Shown: positions 47,842 to 55,961 of the stretch, one piece after another
Layout: every line of letters begins with the position of its first letter
How positions within the stretch are numbered: the stretch's first letter is position 1
Virus record (IMG/VR): IMGVR_UViG_3300009103_001934
Location: 32,001-96,000 of that record
Source: a virus
Reading direction: 5' to 3' (one strand)
Length of the DNA stretch: 64,000 nucleotides
Position numbers and translations under genes: made by a program
Notes under the pieces: model-generated
The model's input: the letters and a program-made list of their open reading frames with translations, nothing else
What the model was told of the DNA's origin: nothing
Databases searched by the model: none

Positions 47842-48089
47842 GCTTAAACAAAATTATAAAAGATCAAAAAAATATAGATCTATCAGTAGATTGGTTAGAA
47901 AAGAAAACTGAAAAAATATACGCCACCTACGAAAAAGTAGAAGATTGTTACTCACAAGAATGTGAGAAAGAAAAAGAAATTTTACAAAGCGAGCTTCAGT
48001 TTTACATACATAAGCTCAAATTAGAAGAAAAAAATATTGACTTGGCAGAAGAAAAGCTTTATGCTCTTTCTGGTAGCAATAATGAATAG
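47838..48089 (+). CDS. Hypothetical protein
   Basis: ORF in operon. Confidence 0.55.
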   Translation: MSLNKIIKDQKNIDLSVDWLEKKTEKIYATYEKVEDCYSQECEKEKEILQSELQFYIHKLKLEEKNIDLAEEKLYALSGSNNE

Positions 48090-48618
48090 TTTATTTAAAA
48101 CCCGAACTTACCTTGTGGGGCATATGCAATATGCTAGCGGGAGAGACTGGAGAGAATATGTCGAAGAGGAACTGCGCCCATTAGGTATTAGAATTTTCAA
48201 TCCTTACAAAAAGCCCTTCGTAAAAGACGTAGACGAAGATGAAGAAGCTCGCTTAAAAACTCAAGAAGACATGGAACGAGGATATTTTAACGATGTGGCG
48301 GACAGGATGAAAACTATCCGCAGTTACGATCTTAATCTCGTTGATCGCAGTGATTTCATTATTGCCCATCTCGTTCCCGAGGTAGCTAGCTGGGGGAGCG
48401 CGGAAGAAATAGTTACAGCGGTCAGGATGAAAAAGCCAATTTTTATTTCCATGGAAGGGGGGAAAAGTAAAACTCCGCTATGGATGATGGGCATGCTTCC
48501 GCATCACTACGTTTATGATTCCATGGAGGACATTATCGAAATGATTAAAGATATTGATAGTGGAAAAAAAGAAATTGATAGCGATCGGTGGAGATTATTA
48601 AAGGAGGAGTTAAGATAA
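48082..48618 (+). CDS. Nucleoside 2-deoxyribosyltransferase / nucleotide N-hydrolase-like protein
   Basis: TYLVGHM, DWRE, IFNP, DLNLVDRSDFIIA, GSAEEIVTA..KKPI. Confidence 0.75.
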   Translation: MNSLFKTRTYLVGHMQYASGRDWREYVEEELRPLGIRIFNPYKKPFVKDVDEDEEARLKTQEDMERGYFNDVADRMKTIRSYDLNLVDRSDFIIAHLVPEVASWGSAEEIVTAVRMKKPIFISMEGGKSKTPLWMMGMLPHHYVYDSMEDIIEMIKDIDSGKKEIDSDRWRLLKEELR

Positions 48619-48619
48619 A

Positions 48620-48769
48620 ATGTGGCCGGCGGATCGAATAAACTTGTCCGAAATGGAGCGAAAGATAGATAGGTTTAATCACCTTATGGAGTTGTTACGA
48701 ACACTTTTTGGGTTTTGTACGCTATTGTTACAGATTGTTATTTTATGTAAATTATTTGGAGTTATTTAA
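48620..48769 (+). CDS. Small membrane protein (49 aa, not in ORF track)
   Basis: ATG 48620, hydrophobic C-terminal half. Confidence 0.4.
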   Translation: MWPADRINLSEMERKIDRFNHLMELLRTLFGFCTLLLQIVILCKLFGVI

Positions 48770-48771
48770 TT

Positions 48772-48975
48772 ATGAATAAAAAGTTATACAATATGTTAAA
48801 AAGTTCCGCAGAGGCAGACCTAGCGAAAGCGGATCTCACCATGGAGTTGCTCGGCGATCATCAAGCGGGTATTGGAGATCATTCTACTGGAGATTTTTAT
48901 AAGAATGCGGAAGAGGCGCTGGCGTTGGCTGCAGATGCTTTGGACAGGTTAGAAACACTAAAGAGATATGGGTGA
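48772..48975 (+). CDS. Hypothetical protein
   Basis: Helical ORF containing AGIGDHSTGDF. Confidence 0.6.
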   Translation: MNKKLYNMLKSSAEADLAKADLTMELLGDHQAGIGDHSTGDFYKNAEEALALAADALDRLETLKRYG

Positions 48976-49168
48976 TGGCTGGCAAGGGAGATAAACCAAG
49001 AAACTGCTTCAGCAAGCGGTTTAAGAATAATTATGACGAGATTGACTGGGGAAGAGGAAAGCCTAAGGGAAACTGTAAAAGAAATTCTCGACGTGTTCTC
49101 AAAGACGAGTCTGGAATACGAAAGCAACAGGATGATCGTAGCAGAAGTAATTGCAAAAGATCTTGTAA

Positions 49169-49417
49169 ATGTCAGGAACAAAAATGAGCAAAAAGAAAAA
49201 AAATCGGATTTTTCCCGAGCGGGAAGTTGAATCAGAGGTGGACGATATATACGCGCCGCAAAAACGTTATCAAAAAACTAAGAAAGGAAAAGCGGCAGCT
49301 ATGAGAGCTCGAAAGGCTTATGACGAGCGCGACCCAGAGAGAAGAAAAAGACAGAAGCGCGAATATATGAAACGTAAGCGTGCCGAAAAAAGAGCGGGCC
49401 TTAAGCAATATTATTAA
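49169..49417 (+). CDS. Basic hypothetical protein
   Basis: Lys/Arg-rich ORF; true start may be the second Met. Confidence 0.5.
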   Translation: MSGTKMSKKKKNRIFPEREVESEVDDIYAPQKRYQKTKKGKAAAMRARKAYDERDPERRKRQKREYMKRKRAEKRAGLKQYY

Positions 49418-49421
49418 AATT

Positions 49422-49498
49422 GGGCAAGTAGCTCAGTTGGATAGAGCAACGGTCTTCTAAACCGTGGGTCGTGAGTTCGAGTCTCACCTTGCCTACCA
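49422..49498 (+). tRNA. tRNA-Arg(TCT)
   Basis: Cloverleaf, anticodon arm ACGGT-CTTCTAA-ACCGT, GTTCGAG T-loop, encoded CCA. Confidence 0.97.
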
Positions 49499-49504
49499 TT
49501 TAAG

Positions 49505-50464
49505 ATGAAATATAAAGAATACATAGATGACGATCAGGTCAAGGAGTTGCTTGATAACAAATGGCACCAAGTCATAGAGGCTGTTGAACAAGCCTTTGTC
49601 GATCCGACGGCAGACATGGTTCCCAAGACCTATCTTCAGGGTAAGTACGGAGATTTTAGAGCTATGCCAGCAGCACTCAAAGCTTATGCATCGCTGAAGT
49701 GGATTGGGGTATTTCCAAAAAATTGTGAGGTTAATGATCCAGATAATTTTGACGGCCCGGCCCTTCCAACGACACTCGGAACGCTTATTCTCAGCGATAG
49801 GCACACGGGCTATCCGTTAATGGTGATGGACTGTACGACCTTGACTGCGTACAGGACAGCGGCTACTTCAGCGATAGCAGCTAAATATTGCGCGCCCAAC
49901 GCCACAGAGTTCGCTTTTATTGGTTGTGGGTTACAAGCTAGATACCATATCGAAGCTTATGAAGCCATCTTTGGCCACACGGAGATGGACGTTGCGCTAT
50001 ATGACAAAAATGAAAAGGCGCAAAAGGATTTATTTAATTGGCTGGGGGAGCAAAATATTTGTAGAGCTTGGGGCAGGAATAAATCAGTAAAGGAAGCGGT
50101 CAAACACGCAGACGTCGTTACTACTCTTACACCATCTACAACACCTTATTTGGACATCCACGATATTAAAAGTCACTGCCATATCAACGCTGTCGGTGCT
50201 GATGCAGAAGGTAAACGGGAGTTGATGACTAATGTAATTGATGGTTCAGCAGATGTTATTTGTGATGACCCGGAACAAGCTTCGCATTCTGGGGAACTAC
50301 AATATAATGTTTGGCCCCACTTGAGTGTCGCTACTATGGCCGATTTAATTAAAGGCCATAAAACCATGCAGCTAGATAAGGGTGTGTCAGTATTCGATTC
50401 TACCGGAGTGGCTATTGAAGACATAGCTATCGCAGAATTAATTTATAGACTATCTCACCAGTAA
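49505..50464 (+). CDS. Ornithine cyclodeaminase / mu-crystallin / archaeal-type alanine dehydrogenase family
   Basis: AMPAA, LKWI, TAYRTAATSA, IGCGLQA, HINAVGAD, FDSTGVAIED. Confidence 0.92.
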   Translation: MKYKEYIDDDQVKELLDNKWHQVIEAVEQAFVDPTADMVPKTYLQGKYGDFRAMPAALKAYASLKWIGVFPKNCEVNDPDNFDGPALPTTLGTLILSDRHTGYPLMVMDCTTLTAYRTAATSAIAAKYCAPNATEFAFIGCGLQARYHIEAYEAIFGHTEMDVALYDKNEKAQKDLFNWLGEQNICRAWGRNKSVKEAVKHADVVTTLTPSTTPYLDIHDIKSHCHINAVGADAEGKRELMTNVIDGSADVICDDPEQASHSGELQYNVWPHLSVATMADLIKGHKTMQLDKGVSVFDSTGVAIEDIAIAELIYRLSHQ

Positions 50465-50476
50465 CTATAATAAATA

Positions 50477-50959
50477 ATGAACATTAGTATGACCACCTTC
50501 ACTAAATGGTTTCTGCTTAACGCAGTCATGTTTACAGGGGTATTCTTCGCGGAAACCAAGGGAGCAATATCGTTAATGGTAAAAAATGACGTAAGTTATT
50601 TAACTGTAGTAATAATGACGTTATACGTTGTCGTTTCTGTGGTGGTTGGAAAATTATGCTATATAGCAGATAAGATAGAAAAAGGGATGCAGCCAAATTT
50701 AAGAAGGCAGCTTTCTAAACAAGCGGAAGTCGGTTGGTTCGCGGCGGAACATTTTTTTTCATTAGGCTTATTGGGTACTGTTTTTGGACTATGCGTAGCG
50801 ACTTCAACTAGCCTCACAGAAGGTAATGAAATAAGCGAGATTGTGTCTGGACTTAAAACTGGCCTAAACACGGCGTTTTATACTACTATCTGTGGGATAG
50901 TATTTAGCTTACCGCTACAGGCTCAGTTAATAATTTTAAGGTTCAAGCTCGAGGAATGA
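50477..50959 (+). CDS. MotA/TolQ/ExbB proton-channel family membrane protein
   Basis: TM segments and FSLGLLGTVFGL...GLNTAFYTTICG signature. Confidence 0.8.
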   Translation: MNISMTTFTKWFLLNAVMFTGVFFAETKGAISLMVKNDVSYLTVVIMTLYVVVSVVVGKLCYIADKIEKGMQPNLRRQLSKQAEVGWFAAEHFFSLGLLGTVFGLCVATSTSLTEGNEISEIVSGLKTGLNTAFYTTICGIVFSLPLQAQLIILRFKLEE

Positions 50960-51561
50960 TAAATAAGGGGTATAAGAAGTTTTTTTCGTTTAGGCCATTT
51001 ATCGATGTGCTCTTTTGCTGTCTATTAATGTTAGTGGCGATCCTTTTTCTTTTGAAGACAGAGGAGCAGAAGACCAAGTCTCGACCACCTAATGTTATTT
51101 ATGAAGTAGTGTTAACATGGGATGGAAATAGCGAAGACGACTTAGACCTTTATGTTAAGTCTGCGGCGGGACATATCGCCTCATTTAACAGGAGAGAAGG
51201 GGGGCAGGGCAGCTTAATTAGTCTGGACCATGACGCTTTAGGTAAACGCAGAAATAACAGTTTAACAGAGGGGCAAGAAGGAACAGTAGTTGAGTATAAT
51301 GAAGAGATTACATCTTTTCGGGGAGTTACTGCTGGCGAAAATGTAGTCACCGTCCATGTGTACGCAAAGAGAGACGAAAAACCCACTTCAGCGACAATTA
51401 AATTAATTAAAATTAAACCATATAAAGAAGTTATTGTAAAAAAGAAAGATTTTTCAGCGACAGGTCAAGAGATCACCGCCTTTCGTTTCATAACAGATAA
51501 GGACGGGAATATAGTGGATATTAATGAGCTACCGGCAAATCTGGTTAATCCATTAGAGTAA
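50956..51561 (+). CDS. ExbD/MotB-like single-TM partner with a DUF2135/YfaP-like soluble domain
   Basis: PFIDVLFCCLLML TM with Asp; DDLDLYV, LDHD, GENVVTVHVY. Confidence 0.6.
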   Translation: MINKGYKKFFSFRPFIDVLFCCLLMLVAILFLLKTEEQKTKSRPPNVIYEVVLTWDGNSEDDLDLYVKSAAGHIASFNRREGGQGSLISLDHDALGKRRNNSLTEGQEGTVVEYNEEITSFRGVTAGENVVTVHVYAKRDEKPTSATIKLIKIKPYKEVIVKKKDFSATGQEITAFRFITDKDGNIVDINELPANLVNPLE

Positions 51562-51571
51562 CTTTAATAAA

Positions 51572-52006
51572 ATGATTTACGTATTATATGGGCAACCGGG
51601 CTCAGGTAAGACCAGTCTGGGCGAATTGTTATCGGAACATTTAGACACCCCGTTTATTATCGACGGCGATGAATTTAGAAAGATGTTTACTAACACAAAT
51701 TATGGTCGAGAAGGTCGAGAAGAAAATATCAAAAACGCTAATGCAGTTGCAACTTATTTAAATAAAAAGAGTCGACCTAATGGGCACGTAATTATGAGCT
51801 TAGTAAACCCTTACGAACACCTTAGGCGTAGACTAAAAGAAAATAACACCGATCAAGTTATGGAGATATTATTAAATTCAACAAGGGGATTAAGAAAAGA
51901 ATATCACGTAGAAGATTTCGAGCGGGGGACCCCAGATTTTAGTATTGACACTGATCCGCAATTAGATTATACTTGGAATGTACTTAAGCAGCTGCTAAAA
52001 ATATGA
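51572..52006 (+). CDS. cysC: Adenylylsulfate (APS) kinase-like P-loop kinase
   Basis: GQPGSGKTS, DGDEFRK, REENIK. Confidence 0.75.
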   Translation: MIYVLYGQPGSGKTSLGELLSEHLDTPFIIDGDEFRKMFTNTNYGREGREENIKNANAVATYLNKKSRPNGHVIMSLVNPYEHLRRRLKENNTDQVMEILLNSTRGLRKEYHVEDFERGTPDFSIDTDPQLDYTWNVLKQLLKI

Positions 52007-52200
52007 GAGCACTTTTATTAATCATATCGTTTTTATTGGCAGGATGCAGAACCTATTATGCTCCTAGCGGAAAAGCTTTCCCTTGGGGTTGGGGTAAGCC
52101 GCCCGAGATACAAACCAAAGACTATCGTCCCTTACCTTATGGATATGGGCACGGGAGTAGCACGCTTTACAATTGGATAATGGAAAATAAGAAGCTTTAG
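52003..52200 (+). CDS. Small lipoprotein
   Basis: Lipobox LLAGC after a hydrophobic signal. Confidence 0.65.
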   Translation: MRALLLIISFLLAGCRTYYAPSGKAFPWGWGKPPEIQTKDYRPLPYGYGHGSSTLYNWIMENKKL

Positions 52201-52276
52201 CTCCGGTAGCTCAAGGGGTTAGAGCACACGCCTTATAAGCGTGAGGTTGTGGGTTCGATGCCCACTCGGAGTACCA
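52200..52276 (+). tRNA. tRNA-Ile(TAT)
   Basis: Cloverleaf, anticodon arm CACGC-CTTATAA-GCGTG, encoded CCA; C4-G69, U12-A23, C29-G41, A73. Confidence 0.95.
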
Positions 52277-52280
52277 AATT

Positions 52281-52478
52281 ATGAAAAGATATAAATCAAG
52301 GCTAAATATTAAAATTAGTGATTACTATGGCAAGATTGCTCTCTGGATGATTGCAATAGTATGTACGTTAGGATTTGCAGCTATCCCATTCCAACTCTGG
52401 TTAGCTAAGGTTATCTTGGATAACTGGGAAGTGCATGAAACCGTTAGTCACGGTGGCGAAGGTGGGTTTGACAAATAG
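52281..52478 (+). CDS. Small membrane protein
   Basis: One hydrophobic helix. Confidence 0.55.
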   Translation: MKRYKSRLNIKISDYYGKIALWMIAIVCTLGFAAIPFQLWLAKVILDNWEVHETVSHGGEGGFDK

Positions 52479-52493
52479 ACGGCTAAATGTAAA

Positions 52494-52787
52494 ATGATGA
52501 AGAAGTATAAAGGAGTACCCCTTAACGACGACACCCTTGAAGAAGTCATGGCTAGTGATTTTCCGAGGGTTTATATACATGACATGAAAGATAACCCAGA
52601 CGATAGCTGCTCTATGGAAATTTCTACTAATAAAGCTTTTGACGAACTCTTTAAGAAAGAAAAAAATCGTAAGCGAATTAGCAATAAAGGAATACAGGAG
52701 TTTTTTATAGAGCTACTCGAAAAGGGTCTAGCTGAAGAAGATGGGTATGATATTCAAACATTAAAGAAAGGAAAACAAAATGGCTGA
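52494..52787 (+). CDS. Hypothetical protein
   Basis: ORF in operon. Confidence 0.55.
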   Translation: MMKKYKGVPLNDDTLEEVMASDFPRVYIHDMKDNPDDSCSMEISTNKAFDELFKKEKNRKRISNKGIQEFFIELLEKGLAEEDGYDIQTLKKGKQNG

Positions 52788-52938
52788 TTTTTGTTGGGAT
52801 TGCACTTGGGAAACCCTTGGGGTTGAAAGCGAATTAAATGATATGAAAAACCTCTGCAAAGAAGGTGAATATGTTCGCGTTTTGTGTGAGGGGTGTGGAG
52901 AAATAATAGTGGATAATAAAGGGAAAAAACAAGAATGA
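52780..52938 (+). CDS. Small CxxC...CxxC protein (52 aa, not in ORF track)
   Basis: MADFCWDC...LCEGCG; overlaps both neighbours. Confidence 0.55.
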   Translation: MADFCWDCTWETLGVESELNDMKNLCKEGEYVRVLCEGCGEIIVDNKGKKQE

Positions 52939-53510
52939 ATATAGCATTACCGATTTTATTATTAGTATTTGGTGGCCTAAGCTTTTGGGTACTAAATGAA
53001 TCTAAACTCAAGTGGTATTTTAAGACTGCTTGTATAACGACTTTTTGCTTGTTTACAGTAGTTTTTTGGTCGTCTATTCATACTTTTCTGGGTTGGCCCG
53101 CTCTGGAAGACGATATGCCAGAGAAAGTATTAATTCACTGGGTAATTATTAAAGAGCCAAATAAATCTACCCACTATAATGGGAGAATTTTTATTCTTCT
53201 TGAGTCTGTGGGAGAAGTAGAATCAAGCACCTTGGCTAGATTTTTTGGTTACAGAAGAGAGAAGGTCGAGCCACGCTTGTATGGTTTAAAATATAATAGA
53301 GGCCTGCACGAACAACTGCAAGGGATTAAAAATAAACTAAAAAGCGGCCAGCCCGTACCGGGAAAGTTAAAAAAGAGCGGTAAAAAAGGTAACGGTAAAG
53401 AGGGCCCAGAAAAAACAGCGAAAGAGGGCGGGGGAAGTGAGTCTCAGGAGCAAGATTGGGAGTTTCACGAATTACAGCCGTCGGATATACACAACAAGCC
53501 AGATAGATGA
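52935..53510 (+). CDS. Two-TM membrane protein, probable third component of the TolQ/ExbB-like set
   Basis: Two N-terminal TMs, GWP, HWVIIKEP, EPRLY. Confidence 0.6.
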   Translation: MNIALPILLLVFGGLSFWVLNESKLKWYFKTACITTFCLFTVVFWSSIHTFLGWPALEDDMPEKVLIHWVIIKEPNKSTHYNGRIFILLESVGEVESSTLARFFGYRREKVEPRLYGLKYNRGLHEQLQGIKNKLKSGQPVPGKLKKSGKKGNGKEGPEKTAKEGGGSESQEQDWEFHELQPSDIHNKPDR

Positions 53511-53513
53511 GAG

Positions 53514-54356
53514 ATGAGTTTATTATATCCATTAGCGAAGCGCTTTATTGCTGGGCACAGCTTTGAGTCAGCTAAGCCGGTAATAAAAAAGATGATAGAT
53601 GACGGGTATGAAGTCTCTGTAGATTTCATGGGAGAAAACAGTACGACTTACAAACAAGCGAGAAAAGCCTATAAGCAATATAAAGAAATAATCAACGAGC
53701 TTAAAGATTACAATATAGATATTTCCATTAAGCCGTCCCAGCTTGGGCTAAATATTCATCCTTATTTATCTTATATATTTTTACATAGTTTAACCAAGCT
53801 CTCATCAAAATACGGGCAGACCATACGTTTAGATATGGAAGATTCATCCGTGACAGAACTAACTCGTAATCTGGCGATATCTTTACACAAAAAATACGGT
53901 AACGTGGGCGTAGCCGTACAAGCTAACCTTTATCGAACGAGCGAAGACCTAAGGCACTTAATAAAATTTGGAGTCTCCATTAGGCTCGTTAAGGGAGCAT
54001 ATAAAGAGAGTCCTCAAGTAGCACATGCTTACGAGGACCATGTTAAGGCCAGCTTCTTTGACTATGCCGCGCGTTTATATTCAGAAAAAGCAAATAAGCC
54101 AGCAATAGCGACGCACGATGAAGAGTTACTTAATGATATAGAAGAACTCATTCCCAACGCTCATTCCTTCTTTGATTATGAGTTTCTTTACGGAATACGC
54201 AGAGATTTACAAAAAAGCTTGAAAGATAAGGGGGCTTGTGTTAGAATATATATACCGTTTGGAACCGAGTGGTTGCCATATACGATGAGAAGGTTGAGAG
54301 AATGGAAGAACTTAAAGTTCGTAATTAAAAATATATTTAAAGAATGGTTTTCTTAA
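53514..54356 (+). CDS. Monofunctional proline dehydrogenase (FAD)
   Basis: KRFIAG, ISIKPSQLG, IRLDMED, VQANLYRT, RLVKGAY, ATHD, EFLYG, YIPFG, YTMRRL. Confidence 0.93.
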   Translation: MSLLYPLAKRFIAGHSFESAKPVIKKMIDDGYEVSVDFMGENSTTYKQARKAYKQYKEIINELKDYNIDISIKPSQLGLNIHPYLSYIFLHSLTKLSSKYGQTIRLDMEDSSVTELTRNLAISLHKKYGNVGVAVQANLYRTSEDLRHLIKFGVSIRLVKGAYKESPQVAHAYEDHVKASFFDYAARLYSEKANKPAIATHDEELLNDIEELIPNAHSFFDYEFLYGIRRDLQKSLKDKGACVRIYIPFGTEWLPYTMRRLREWKNLKFVIKNIFKEWFS

Positions 54357-54423
54357 TACTAGGCGCGACAGTAGGTATTACAATTTTAATAGGTATTGCT
54401 TTATTTAAATTTATAGAATTAAA

Positions 54424-54975
54424 ATGAATAGGAGACAGTTTATAAAATCAGCAGGGGTAGCAGCAGCTTTACCCGCGATAGCAATTACTTGCAAATACGA
54501 AGACGACGAAAAAGGCCCGGAGAAGGAAAGCTCTGGTGGGAAGCGTTGGGATTATAGGGTTTATTGCTATGAGCGAGAGCAGGGAGAGTGGACGTTTAGT
54601 CAAAATATTAAAGGTAGCTTTGCTTACCAAAGAGAGTATATGACCTTTGAAGAGGATCAAGGGTGGCCTTATGCTGGCTGGATGGACGGGGGTAAGTTAC
54701 ACTTCGCCGACTTTGATGACGCAATTGATTTTATTGATATGCATGTTAGAGCCAAGGATGATACCAATCTTATAGATTCTATTTATGATGTTTATTATGT
54801 CAAAAGAGGCGTTGAGCGGGTTAACGGCGAAGATGTCTATCCAGAAACAGAAATAAAAGTAGCACACTATTGGTTTAATGCAGACACGGGCAGAACTATC
54901 ATATGGGAACAGGATGGATTTAATCGCGAAACGGGCGATGGGTTAACAGACTGGGGTAAAGTAGAATGTGCGTAG
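54424..54975 (+). CDS. Twin-arginine (Tat) signal protein of unknown function
   Basis: MNRRQFIKSAGVAAALPAIAITC. Confidence 0.65.
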   Translation: MNRRQFIKSAGVAAALPAIAITCKYEDDEKGPEKESSGGKRWDYRVYCYEREQGEWTFSQNIKGSFAYQREYMTFEEDQGWPYAGWMDGGKLHFADFDDAIDFIDMHVRAKDDTNLIDSIYDVYYVKRGVERVNGEDVYPETEIKVAHYWFNADTGRTIIWEQDGFNRETGDGLTDWGKVECA

Positions 54976-54980
54976 ATTTT

Positions 54981-55067
54981 GGCGAAGTGGTGGAATTGGT
55001 ATACACAACAGACTTAAAATCTGTCGGCGGGTTCGCTATGCGGGTTCGAGTCCCGCCTTCGCTACCA
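54981..55067 (+). tRNA. tRNA-Leu(TAA)
   Basis: Cloverleaf with long variable arm, ACAGA-CTTAAAA-TCTGT, encoded CCA. Confidence 0.96.
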
Positions 55068-55078
55068 AATCGTAGTTT

Positions 55079-55714
55079 ATGACACCTAGAGAACACAAAG
55101 AGTACGCAGAGAAAGAGCAAGAACTCAGGCTAGAGAAGCTTAAGCAGATTGCAGAAGACTGGATCGTGCCCGTCGATCATGATGACTCCGAAGGAACAGT
55201 GACGTTCAACGATGCCCTAGCAGACATGAAGGAGTGGAGCCTTGATCAAGGTGATGTACCGTTAATAATTAAATTGATTGAAAATCCAGATTACAAGACT
55301 TCTAAGTTATTTACGGGAGCGGTAGACTTGTTTACTCACGATTGTATTCATATTTTACTCGGACGAGGAATTCTAGTGAAAGACGAGGCGTTTGTAATCG
55401 GCTACACCATGGGATCATCTCACAAAATGAAGAGGTGGCGTAGGAATTTGTTTATGTTCTGCGCGAAATATTTATACCCAGCGGAATATAAATTCGGTGA
55501 AGAGGAGAGATTTATTTTTAACTTGGGAGTTAAAGCGGGGAGCGCATGCCCTATCGATTTGACTCGGGTAGATTTTAAAGAGTACATTATGGATGATATA
55601 CACTATGCTCGGTATGATTTGGGCATAGATTTAGAAGATTTAAAGGCTTGTTATAGGTTGGAAAAGCGACTCTTCCCTGAGAGCAAAGAAAGCCAAAGGT
55701 TAATTTATGACTAA
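55079..55714 (+). CDS. Hypothetical protein with Coq4-like HDxxH-x11-E motif
   Basis: HDCIHILLGRGILVKDE. Confidence 0.5.
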   Translation: MTPREHKEYAEKEQELRLEKLKQIAEDWIVPVDHDDSEGTVTFNDALADMKEWSLDQGDVPLIIKLIENPDYKTSKLFTGAVDLFTHDCIHILLGRGILVKDEAFVIGYTMGSSHKMKRWRRNLFMFCAKYLYPAEYKFGEEERFIFNLGVKAGSACPIDLTRVDFKEYIMDDIHYARYDLGIDLEDLKACYRLEKRLFPESKESQRLIYD

Positions 55715-55961
55715 TAAACAGGAGGAGTCTTGGAAAAATTATGGCGATAAAGTGGTTGAAAGGATTGGTTGGCTCGGTGCGATCTTTGTTGTCCTTGGTT
55801 ATTATCTTAATGCTAACCAGCTTTTATCTTCTTGGGTCTGTTGGACTATTGGTAATCTTTGCGTTGCTGGATATTCTGCGCATAAAAAAGCTTGGCCTAC
55901 TTTTGTGATGTCACTTGTTATCGCCATTTTAAACGTATACGGATATTTTTGTTGGAAATGA
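55707..55961 (+). CDS. Small 3-TM membrane protein (PnuC/PQ-loop half-transporter-like)
   Basis: Three hydrophobic helices; W..GN..., YGYFCWK ending. Confidence 0.5.
   Translation: MTNKQEESWKNYGDKVVERIGWLGAIFVVLGYYLNANQLLSSWVCWTIGNLCVAGYSAHKKAWPTFVMSLVIAILNVYGYFCWK

Noticed and set aside
52468-52495. TTGACA...TAAAAT promoter before 52494
   Set aside because: The -10 would overlap the start codon, placing +1 inside the ORF.
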